Source: a bacterium
GTDB lineage: Bacteria > Patescibacteriota > Minisyncoccia > UBA9983
Direction: 5' to 3'
DNA length: 36,518 nucleotides
NCBI GenBank assembly: GCA_013152035.1
Contig: JAADHB010000017.1
Coordinates: 1-36,518, forward strand
This document shows, piece by piece, positions 9,836 through 18,878 of the stretch. The notes under the pieces were generated by a model. The model was not told the DNA's origin. It saw only the letters and a program-made list of their open reading frames with translations, and did no database searches. Positions within the stretch are counted from its first letter, which is position 1. Each line of letters begins with the position of its first letter. Made by a program: the position numbers and the translations under genes.

Positions 9836-10324
9836 TTACCAAATTATTTTCCAAACTTTGGTATATGGGTTAAGATAAAAAACAACATCCGACCAAAGAT
9901 ATTGTCGAGTCTCTTCGTCGTAGTATTTATACGAATAATATGCTCTGTCCCCTTGATAGGCATTATCGTCTTTTTCCAATGTTTTTATCTCTTTAATCCA
10001 ACTACTGAATTTCTTTTCTCGTTTCAACTCTTCTAATTTTTTCCTCGCCTCCGTTTGATGCTCCACATCGTAGTATTTGCTCGCCAGCGCGAAGTCTTCT
10101 TTTTTGAGGGCGTCCAGAAACATCGCCCAAGTTTCCTCCGGCGTTTTGCCGCCGTAGGTGTCTTCCCTGAACGGTTTTTCAATGGACTCCTGAAATCTGT
10201 CAATCGCCGCCTGTTTTTGATAGCCGTCCCAAGTGAGCTTCGCGACAACCGCCAAATAAACGGCTAAAAGAACGCCCAAAATAACAATTATCGCCCTCGC
10301 CCATTTGTTTTTTAAAATTTTCAT
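9836..10324 (-). CDS. Hypothetical membrane-anchored protein (possible NTF2-like/DUF4878-like fold)
   Basis: One N-terminal TM helix; DTYGGKTPEETWAMFLDALKKEDFALASKYY; ends WKI; stop 2 nt before the PLC-domain gene start. Confidence 0.7.
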   Translation of the reverse strand: MKILKNKWARAIIVILGVLLAVYLAVVAKLTWDGYQKQAAIDRFQESIEKPFREDTYGGKTPEETWAMFLDALKKEDFALASKYYDVEHQTEARKKLEELKREKKFSSWIKEIKTLEKDDNAYQGDRAYYSYKYYDEETRQYLWSDVVFYLNPYTKVWKIIW

Positions 10325-10356
10325 AGTTTGCTGTTTTGAGTTGTTTTGTTAATTGG

Positions 10357-11094
10357 TTAATAGTTGTTGAGGAGGTATTGGAATTCTTTGGAGTCGGGTT
10401 TGACTTTGAGCGCTTCGCGGAGGATTTCCTTCGCTTTGGCGTCGTCTTTCATCACGAAACGGTAAAACTCGTAAGTGCTTCTGTAAATATAGAGTTCATC
10501 CGGTCCGTTTTCAATCGCCTTGAGGAAATTTTTCTCCGCCTTCTTTTTGTCCTTCAAGAAATGGGCGTAGAGATCGCCGAGATTATTGAACGGGGTGGGA
10601 TTCTTCGGGTATATCTTTCCGGCGTACTCCCACGCCTCCGCCGCGCCTTCGTAATCCTTAATCATTTTTCTGTATATTCCCAAGGCAAGCAGGGAATCCA
10701 TTGAATCCGGATTGGCTTTCAGGTCGGAAACCAGCTTATTGATTTTCTCGGTGACCAATTTCGCCGCCTTCGGCGCCATATCGCCGGGAATGGCTATCGG
10801 CCTGTCCAAGTCTAACGCTTCAACGGACGATTCCGCGGGGCGCTCGCTTTCTGCCGGCGCTTCCGTTGCCGTTTCCCCACCATCGCAACTTCCGCTGTCA
10901 GCCGGGAGTCCCGTTTCCTGATCCAGGGAACAAGTTCCCGTCTCCACCCCCGCCGGCTCCCCACGGCTTCCTGAAACTTCCACATATCCTCCTTCTTTCG
11001 CGCCGGAAAAACTCTCATAGTCGTGCCAGATGTAATAGCCGGACCCGCCGGCAAGAGCCAAAATAAAAATGGCATAAATAATTTTCTTTCTCAT
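10357..11094 (-). CDS. Membrane-anchored tetratricopeptide repeat protein
   Basis: N-terminal TM; TPR motifs LGIYRKMIKDYEGAAEAWEYA, NNLGDLY...AEKNFLKAIE. Start is 7 nt after TGcTAAAAT. Confidence 0.85.
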   Translation of the reverse strand: MRKKIIYAIFILALAGGSGYYIWHDYESFSGAKEGGYVEVSGSRGEPAGVETGTCSLDQETGLPADSGSCDGGETATEAPAESERPAESSVEALDLDRPIAIPGDMAPKAAKLVTEKINKLVSDLKANPDSMDSLLALGIYRKMIKDYEGAAEAWEYAGKIYPKNPTPFNNLGDLYAHFLKDKKKAEKNFLKAIENGPDELYIYRSTYEFYRFVMKDDAKAKEILREALKVKPDSKEFQYLLNNY

Positions 11095-11145
11095 GTTTGA
11101 CATTTTAGCAAAAAACACCTTTTCTTTCAAATTTCCTGCATAAAT

Positions 11146-11196
11146 CCCTCCCCAAGGTCTTACCTTGGGAATCCCAAGGTAAGACCTTGGGGAGGG
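11146..11196. repeat. Perfect 25-bp inverted repeat built from two CCCAAGGT-NNN-ACCTTGGG hairpins (REP-like doublet)
   Basis: CCCTCCCCAAGGTCTTACCTTGGGA-A-TCCCAAGGTAAGACCTTGGGGAGGG. Confidence 0.9.
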
Positions 11197-11206
11197 GTGT
11201 TGGGGA

Positions 11207-11238
11207 AACAAAAAACCCCCGGATGGGGGTTTTTTGTT
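11207..11238 (-). terminator. Rho-independent terminator of the S-layer-like gene (symmetric)
   Basis: AACAAAAAACCCCC-GGAT-GGGGGTTTTTTGTT. Confidence 0.9.
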
Positions 11239-11289
11239 AACCATTCGCGTTGCCTTAAAGGCCAGAGGCGAATCACAAGGAGGTTAAGT

Positions 11290-14200
11290 TTAGTTGGAGA
11301 AGGTGAACGTGTGCGAAGTTCCGTCGTTGGTAAGAGTGCTTACAGTACTGTTGTACTGATATTTCACTCCGTAACCGTTCGTCCAGTCAATATCAGCCGC
11401 GACTACTGTAGTCGTCGCCTGCGGTGACCAAATGAAGTCATTGGCACTTGAATCCGCGTTAATCTGAGACTGAGTACCCATTCTCGTTGAGAGTGAAGGA
11501 TACTGAGAGTCACCCAACAGCTTCAAGGTCAATGAATCCGTCGCTCCGGAAGTTCCGGAATATGTCACACTGTCAGCCTGCAGTCGGTAGCGTTTTGTCG
11601 CTCCCGCCGAGATGATCCTGTCAGCCGCGCTTGAATCAAAGTTCATGGTAAGGCTCGTTCCGCTTACCTCAATGTAAGAGGAGTTAACCGCTCCGTTCGG
11701 ACCGTACAACTTCCAGTTCTTCACAACCGCTCCCGTGGTCGCTACTGAGAATTTCAGTCTGTAGAGCTGGATTGATCCGCTACTGTCAGCAGTGATGTCA
11801 ACCTCGTACAGGTCGGCTGACGCCGTGAGCGAGGTCTTGGAGGTCTTGTCAACCACTGTCGGGATTGACTTGAATACCCTCATACCGGCTACCGCCGTGT
11901 CGGATGATGAGCTGTTAGTAGAAGTTGAACCGGTTGAACCGATACCCTTGGTCGTTCCCGCCTGGTCGTCATTGTCGTAATCAACGGCGATGAACGCTCC
12001 TTCGCGCGTGCTGGCGGTGTTGACGTCAATGGTGTCAACGTCCGCCTTAACGGTCAACAGTAAGTCGCTGTCCTTAGGAACAACAACTCCGTAGTCTCCG
12101 TCAGCGTCGTAGTCTCCAGCCGTCAAGGTGGCGTAGGTGGTCGTCGCCGATCCAAGGAAGAGTCCCTCCCATACTTTGTATGAACCGTCATACAAGTACA
12201 CCTTGGTCAAATCTGACGCAGATGAAGAAGCGGTGTTCGTCAACTGAAGCGCGATGCCGTTCATCGTAATCGCCTCGTTTGACGCGTGAAGCTTGAGAAC
12301 TCCGAGAGTTACAGCCGTTCCCGCCACTCCAACTTTGTAGGTCGGGCTTGAGGTGTCTTTCGTTACGGTGTAAGAACCGGTCTGAATGGTCATTGTCTGT
12401 CCGGCGTTGGCTGATCCGGTCGCCGTGATTGACTGTCCGGAAACTTCTCCCGTTACGGTGAAGTTTGAAGCCGCCGGGATACCCCACTTGTAGTAAGACG
12501 AAGTGGTCGCGGAGCTTGAGATGTCACAAGCGAGCGCGATCGTCTTAACGGTCTCTTTCTCTATGGTCAGAGGAGAGTCAAGCGTAAAGGTGTTGCTTCC
12601 GGCTGAAACGGAGTCAATGACATTTGAACCCGTGTTCAACGCCTTGCTTCCGTCGTACAACTGACATCCGGTGATGTAAGAAGCGGTTCCTCCATTCGTG
12701 AACGAAGCGAGGATTGACGAAAGCCGTACATTCTCGCCGGACGCCGTGGCGTCAAACTGAAGGTTGGCAAAAACGAAATCCTGGGTTCCGGCTACTACAT
12801 TCTGCGCCGCCGGGGTTCCCGAAACGCTTATCGCCAAAGCTCCCGCTTTCGCCGTCATTACCTGCAATGACTGCAATCCGGAAGGTGAAGCGTGTTTCCG
12901 GTAGTCTGTCCGGTTACGCTCGTCCAGTAAGTCGCCGGATTCGTCTTAAGCTGGTAGGTGCCGTTGTTTGAAACCGTTGTAGGAAGCTTTCCTTTTACGG
13001 TGTAAACATTTTCCCCAATCGGGAAAGTTACGGTGTCCGTAAAGGTAACTGATGTTCCCGCTCCGGTCGTGTCAATCGGTCCCGCCACGATGGATCCGCT
13101 TCCGTCAACCAATATCACATTGGTCAAAAGACCCGTCCATGATCCCGTTGTCGTGGAGATGTCGAACTTGATGCTTTGAACCGAAATCGGCTCTCCTTTA
13201 ACTTCAACTTTAACCGCTCCGAGAGGCTGGTCCGCGACATTAACGGTAATGTTCTGAGATGCCACTGAAATAGCCTTTGAAATGGTCATTGAGCCGCCTG
13301 ATACGGTTACCTGTGAACCGTCATACCAAGGAGTTCCGGAAGTATTGAACTCGGAATCGTCGGTTGAAGAGTTCGTGTCGGTATTTCCTCCGATTGTCGG
13401 AGTAATTCCGTATCCGTAAGTTTCTCCCGTAAGGTAAACATCAGTCGTCTTGTAGATGTCAAAGTCAATGGTTCGTCCTGATCCTGAAACGATGTCGCCC
13501 TTGATGGCAATGTCCTTGAACATTCCCTTGTCAATCACGATTCCGTCTCCGAATGAAGCCGAGTAATACTTGTTGTCAGACGATACGGTCGTGTCGTAAG
13601 CCGTGTCGCCAACATATACCTTAATGTTCGCGATATCGGAAGACGATACCGAACCTGACTGGTTCCATCGAATTGACTGCAACCTTACTTTCTCCGCTGA
13701 TCCGGCTGTCGCCCTGACCTGCGCGAAAGTGTAACCCGTCGTTCCAACCGCTTTGGAAGGATTCGCCGCCGGGTCAAGCGGGCCTCTCGCGAAGCTCGCC
13801 GTTCCAATCGTAAGTGTTGAGTTGATGGTGTGTCCCGCTCCCGTGATAGGAAGGGCTCCTGAAACTTCAGTTGAAGTGTTTATCGCGACAACTGAAAGAT
13901 AAGGAACTTCACCCGCGTAACTTGAAAGAGTTGACTTTGACGCCATGTTGGCGGCAATGGTCATCGTCTTTGAAGTTCCCGCCGGGATGGTGAATGAACT
14001 TCCGATAGTCGCCTGGTGAATTGAATTCAACGTCTTGGCGATACCGAGCTGTGTTCCGTCTTCGTCCAAAAGGACAATTCCGGAGAACACTGAATCGCTG
14101 GCAAGGCCGGTCCTCTCCACGGTGACGCTGTTAACCGTGACATCGCTGCCTCCGGCGGTAAGCGTAATCTTCGTGAAAGGAACTCTCGCCGCCGATCCAA

Positions 14201-14855
14201 CCGCGAGTGTCGCCGCCGGCTGTGTAGCCGCTGAAACGGTAAGACCCTCGCTGACGGTTGTCGTCGTTCCTCCGGTGGTTGTTCCTCCGGTGGTCGTCCC
14301 TCCCGTCGTGGTCGTCGTGGTCGTCGTCGGGCATGTTCCGTAGAGGGCGTTCAACTTTGAACGCGTCATTGAACCTACGTAACCTGTTCCCGCGCTAAGA
14401 CCGATCGGAGCTAAAACTTCAGAAGCGTATTTGTTCTGAAATTTTATAACGGCCTGCTTGGTCAACGAACCGAAGTATTCGGTTTCGTTTCCTGGGGAGC
14501 CGGCTCCGCTTTCGGCAACCTTTGTGTCCGGGTCCGAGTTAAGAACGATTTGAAGGTTCTTGACATCGGTTCCGGTGTCGCCTTTGGACAGGTTGGTCGC
14601 GAACGTGTATCCGCAAACCGCTCCCGCCGTTGTGGTTGTGGTCGCGCCTCCTTCCAGCGATGACAGCTGTGAATTCAACTGATTGATCATCGCCATCAAA
14701 CTGGCTATCTGCGCTTGAAGCTCAGCAACAGTCTGCGCCTGCGCCGTCGCCGGCGAAGAAATCGCGACAACTCCGGCAAGCGAGAAAACAGTCGCCAAAC
14801 CAATTAAAACTGAAGCTGTTTTTCCAACTTTAGTTTTGGTGATAAAACTACTCAT
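11290..14855 (-). CDS. Large S-layer-like surface protein with N-terminal peptidoglycan-binding domain, split by a 1-bp frameshift near 12888 (~1188 aa if joined)
   Basis: Signal peptide, AELQAQIASL coiled coil, PG-binding motif (LSKGDTGTDVKNLQ...YFGSLTKQAVIKFQ...GYVGSMTRSKLN), Thr/Gly linker, Ser/Thr-rich beta repeats continuing across ORFs 12858..14894 and 11290..12876. Confidence 0.8.
14262..14330. repeat. Low-complexity coding repeat (poly-Thr, GGTTT x3)
   Basis: GTC/GTG triplet runs and CCTCCGGTGGT repeats encode PTTTTTTTTGGTTTGGTTTGGTTTT. Confidence 0.8.
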
Positions 14856-15037
14856 AATTTTTCTTATATAATAACTCTTCCGTCCACTGTCCAAGATTTT
14901 TAATAATTTTTAACTTTGACAGAGAGCGAAAAGAATTATTGGTTTTGCATAGCTCCCCGCGAACATCATAATAATAAGCTCGCGCGAAATAAATTAATTC
15001 GGCTCCGACTAAGCCATGTAATTCTATGCAATTAATT

Positions 15038-15077
15038 ATCTTCATCGAATTATCGTTAACGGCAATTCGATGAAGAT
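15038..15077. repeat. 14-bp perfect inverted repeat in the S-layer gene leader
   Basis: ATCTTCATCGAATT-atcgttaacggc-AATTCGATGAAGAT. Confidence 0.85.
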
Positions 15078-15208
15078 TTAGCCGACCTAATAAAATTTTC
15101 TAATCGACCTAATTCTCTTATAATTTAACAGCAAGCTAAAAACAAATTCGCGTTAACTTGCCGTTAATAACAATTATAATGCCTAACAATAAACCTGCAA
15201 AACGAAAG

Positions 15209-15217
15209 TGTGGATAA
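15209..15217 (-). promoter_or_regulatory. Consensus DnaA box (TTATCCACA)
   Basis: TGTGGATAA on the + strand, occupying the loop of a CGAAAGT/ACTTTCG hairpin. Confidence 0.55.
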
Positions 15218-15310
15218 CTTTCGCGGCCCACCGGGCAACCCTTTGTTCGCCTCGGCAAACGCGCCGTAAACAAAGGACCGATTTATCGCCTGACATTATT
15301 TGCTAGGTGA

Positions 15311-15339
15311 ATACTAAACGATTCTCGGGAAAAAGTCAA
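15311..15339 (-). promoter_or_regulatory. Sigma70-type promoter, probably for the S-layer-like gene
   Basis: TTGACT-17 bp-TAGTAT on the minus strand, ~450 nt upstream of ATG 14855. Confidence 0.65.
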
Positions 15340-15367
15340 CAAGAAAAATAACGGAGAAAAAGCGGTT

Positions 15368-16090
15368 TTATCGGCTCTTCGCGATTGAATACACCCTCCA
15401 CCGCTTTTCTCCCTCCGCCTTTAAATCTCCGGATTTAACCAGATCAAAAAGGCATCTTTGCACGGTCTTGTCGCTGACGCCGTTAAAAAGGACCGCTATT
15501 TCCTTCAATGTTTTCTTTCCGTTCTTGGCGAGAAAATCCATAATAACACCCCTCTTTTCGCCGTTGGAGCGGGCGGCGCCCCTTAGCGGCTTTTGCTCCG
15601 CCTTTCGCCCGTTCGCCCCCGAAGCCTGCCTTTGGGGAGACGGCTTCGCCGACTTAAGTCTGGAGGCCTCATTTATAATCTCTTTAATGGCCTCAAATTC
15701 CGAACCCGCCAGCAGCTTCCTTTCGTAAATAAAATCAAACACTCCGTTTTTTAAAAGGTTGTTCAGGGCGATATACTCTTTTTTCAGTATCTCAAAATTA
15801 ATGTCCAATACGAATCCTCCGACGGAAGCGAGTTCAAGCGCGTGGATGATTTCGGAAATGCTGTTCAAGAGCTTGTTATAAACTCTATCGGACATTACCT
15901 CCCTATCGGACATTACGGACAGTAAATCAATATATAAACAAACGGCGCTGTTCCTGAGCGCCCACTTAATGGGTTCTTTGTCCGGATAAAGTTCCGTCAC
16001 CCTGTAAAGGGCGGAGGTGAGCTTTCGCATTTTGTCCGTTATGGTGTCCTTTATCGCCTGCGGATTTTGTCCGTTATCGTTCGTGTCCAT
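15368..16090 (-). CDS. Putative DNA-binding protein: N-terminal helical bundle and C-terminal DeoR-like winged HTH
   Basis: ALYRVTELYPDKEPIKWALR resembles four-helix-bundle proteins; IMDFLAKNGKKTLKEIAVLFNGVSDKTVQRCLFDLVKSG...GEKRWRVY is a wHTH. Confidence 0.75.
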   Translation of the reverse strand: MDTNDNGQNPQAIKDTITDKMRKLTSALYRVTELYPDKEPIKWALRNSAVCLYIDLLSVMSDREVMSDRVYNKLLNSISEIIHALELASVGGFVLDINFEILKKEYIALNNLLKNGVFDFIYERKLLAGSEFEAIKEIINEASRLKSAKPSPQRQASGANGRKAEQKPLRGAARSNGEKRGVIMDFLAKNGKKTLKEIAVLFNGVSDKTVQRCLFDLVKSGDLKAEGEKRWRVYSIAKSR

Positions 16091-16159
16091 TACGGCTCAT
16101 TCTAACGGACAAACATAAAAGACGCAAGGGTTTTCGGCAATTCCGATTTCCGTCCTTTA
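15802..16159. repeat. Cluster of TGTCCNWTA motifs in both orientations
   Basis: Exact at 15802+, 15886-, 15904-, 16033+, 16045+, 16068+, 16084+, 16103-; near matches at 15913-, 16116-, 16151+. Confidence 0.85.
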
Positions 16160-16215
16160 GGCGTTTTTCGAGCGCGAATTTTTTAATTGACGGAATTTCA
16201 GGTATAATAATTCGT

Positions 16216-18457
16216 ATGGCATCAAAAAAAGAAAAAAGGGGCGGAAAAGAAACGGCCGCCGGCAAATGGCGCGACAATCTTAAAGACGAAACGAAACATT
16301 CAATACTCGCCGTGTGTTCGCTCGCCCTCGCCTTGTTTTTTACGCTCGCGGCGTTCGGGAAGGCGGGAGTTTTGGGAGGGACCATTTTCAGGCTGCTGGA
16401 AATACTTTTCGGCGCGGGATTTTTTCTCGTCCCAACGGCTTTTTTTCTGGCGAGCATTTCCCTGTTCGCCTCAATCCGCCCAAACTTTCTCGGGAACACG
16501 ATAACGGGAATGCTCCTTTTTTTATTGTCCGGACTCGGGGCGGCGGACATAATGTTCGGAGCGAAAACCGGCGGATATGTCGGATTTATAATCTCATGGC
16601 CGCTTGTTAAATTTTTTGATTTTTGGGTGAGCCTGCTTTTGATGGCGGCGGTCTTTATCGTCTCCCTTTTGATAATGCTCAACACCTCAATCTCAATAAA
16701 AGTGAAGCGGAAGGAAGCTCCGGAGAAAGAAATTCCGGAGGCCGGCAAGCCCGGCAAAAAAGAGGAGGAGGAAATTGAAGAAGGAGAAGAGGAGCCGGAA
16801 GAGGACGAAAAAGAAAAAACCAATCCAGCGAAAAAAATCGGGCGGAAAATAATCGCCTCGGCGAAAACCGCGGCGAAGAAAGCGAAAAAGAAAGACGGCG
16901 AAGAAGAAGAGCTGGAATTGGAAACCGGCGGAATGAAATCCGGCGCCGACTTCACTCCTCCCCCGCTGGAGCTTCTGGAAAAGGACAAAGGCAAGCCGTC
17001 CAGCGGAGACATAAAGGCGAACTCAAACATCATAAAAAGGACCCTGAAAAATTTCGGCATAGACGTTGAGATGGGAGAGATAAATGTGGGCCCGTCCGTA
17101 ACGCAATACACCCTCAAGCCGGCGGAGGGGATAAAGCTGTCGCGAATCGTCGGGCTTCAAAACGACCTGGCTCTGGCGCTCGCCGCGCATCCCCTCAGAA
17201 TAGAAGCTCCCATCCCGGGCAGGCCGCTTGTGGGGATTGAAATGCCGAACAGCGCGAAAACGATAGTGGGGCTGGCAACCATACTCGCGGAGGACGCCTT
17301 CAAGAACTCTCCCCTGCCCTTGTTAATCGCCCTTGGGAAAGACGTTTCCGGCAAGTCGGCATTCTCAAACTTGGCGAAAATGCCCCACCTGCTTATCGCC
17401 GGAGCCACGGGGGCGGGAAAATCAATCTGCATACATTCAATAATAATAAATCTCCTGTACCGAAACTCCCCGGAATCATTGCGGATGATAATGATTGACC
17501 CGAAAAGAGTTGAGTTGACCATTTACAACAAAATTCCGCATATGCTGGGTCCGGTTATCACCGATCCGAAAAAGGCGATTCTTACGCTAAAATGGCTGTG
17601 CAGGGAAATGGATAAAAGATACGATGTCTTGCTGAAAGCGGGCGTTCGGGACATAGAATCCTACCATGAAAAAACGGCGAAGGAGCAGGCCGGCGCCGCA
17701 GCGGACGATGAAGAATTCATCCCTATGCCCTATCTTGTCATCGTCATTGACGAATTGGCGAGTCTGATGAACACATATCCTCGGGAAATGGAGACTTCAA
17801 TCGTGCGGTTGGCGCAAATGTCGCGCGCGGTGGGAATACATTTAATCCTTTCAACGCAACGCCCTTCCGTTGAGGTCATCACGGGGCTGATAAAGGCGAA
17901 TGTTCCGTCCAGAATCGCGCTGCAAGTGGCGTCGCAGATTGATTCAAGGACGATTTTGGATATGGCGGGCGCCGAAAAACTGCTCGGCAAGGGCGATATG
18001 CTGTTTCTCGCCGGCGTTTCTCGCCGGCGACACCGCCAAGCCGAAGAGAATCCAGGGCCCCTTTATTTCGGAAAAGGAGGTGAAACGGGTGGTTGATTAC
18101 CTCGCGGAAGAGTATAAGGACAGTGATCTTGAGAATATAAACAGTCCGTCGGAGGATGAGCTTAGCGGAAATGGCGGATCGGAGAACGGGGGCGGACAGG
18201 CGGCAATTGACCTTGATTTTGAAGACGAGGAAGATGACGACGACCTTTACGAGGACGCGCGGGAGCTGGCGATAAAGAGCGGAAAGGCGTCGGCTTCCTA
18301 TATGCAGAGGAAACTCAGGGTCGGATACGCGCGGGCGGCGCGGCTGCTGGATATGCTTGAAGAGCGAGGGGTTGTCGGTCCAGCCAACGGAGGCAGGGCG
18401 CGAGAGGTGCTGATTAAGGAGAGGGAGGAGGGAGAGGAAAATAACGCCGAATTCTAG
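16216..18457 (+). CDS. ftsK: DNA translocase FtsK/SpoIIIE, frameshifted by a 13-bp tandem duplication at 18003-18028 (742 aa if corrected)
   Basis: N-terminal TM domain, PHLLIAGATGAGKS Walker A, VIVIDE, STQRPSV, GAEKLLGKGDML; gamma domain SASYMQRKLRVGYARAARLLD in the second frame. Confidence 0.95.
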
Positions 18458-18465
18458 AGATTATT

Positions 18466-18813
18466 ATGGGGAAAATAACGCAATTATTCTTAAAAATAGG
18501 GGTTATATTCGCCCTAATCGCCGTTTTCTCCCTCTACGGATTTTATAAGGCGCGCGGATTTTTGGCGGGTCCGGAGGTCGCGCTGAATGAACCAAAGGAC
18601 GGGCAGCTGCTCAAAAACTCCTTCGTGAAAGTTTCCGGGGAGGCGAAAAACATCGCGTCCATCTTTCTTGACGGAAACCGGATATTTGTTAACGAAAAAG
18701 GGTTTTTTGAGGAAAATTTGCTCTTGGCGAGAGGATACAATATAATAGAAGTGCGCGCGGTGGACAAGTTCGGGAAAGAGGTTAAAAAAATAAGGGAGGT
18801 GGTGGTGAGATAA
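18466..18813 (+). CDS. Hypothetical membrane-anchored Ig-like domain protein
   Basis: N-terminal TM; GP...P.DG, LARGYNIIEVRAVDKFG Ig-like pattern. Confidence 0.75.
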   Translation: MGKITQLFLKIGVIFALIAVFSLYGFYKARGFLAGPEVALNEPKDGQLLKNSFVKVSGEAKNIASIFLDGNRIFVNEKGFFEENLLLARGYNIIEVRAVDKFGKEVKKIREVVVR

Positions 18814-18840
18814 TTTTCAATTTCAAATTTTCATTTTCAA
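18813..18840. repeat. Degenerate 7-bp tandem repeat (ATTTTCA-like x4) upstream of recA
   Basis: ATTTTCA ATTTCAA ATTTTCA TTTTCAA. Confidence 0.55.
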
Positions 18841-18878
18841 ACAATTTTGAAATGCTGAGATTTTAAAAACACAAAACA

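Noticed and set aside
14848-15045. 65-aa ORF in the S-layer leader
   Set aside because: No recognisable features, and it lies across RNA stems; cannot be supported.
15368-16090. Diversity-generating retroelement (Avd-like helical bundle)
   Set aside because: No reverse transcriptase and no TR/VR repeat pair seen in the window.
15802-16159. TGTCC repeats or the palindromes as a CRISPR array
   Set aside because: Units are 9 bp, irregularly spaced and in mixed orientation; there are no spacers and no cas genes.
16074-17117. 347-aa minus-strand ORF
   Set aside because: Antisense shadow of ftsK; its poly-Ser/Phe runs mirror the Glu/Lys-rich linker.
18814-18878. LexA box upstream of recA
   Set aside because: No CTGT-N8-ACAG or GAAC-N4-GTTC match; only AT-rich heptamer-like repeats.
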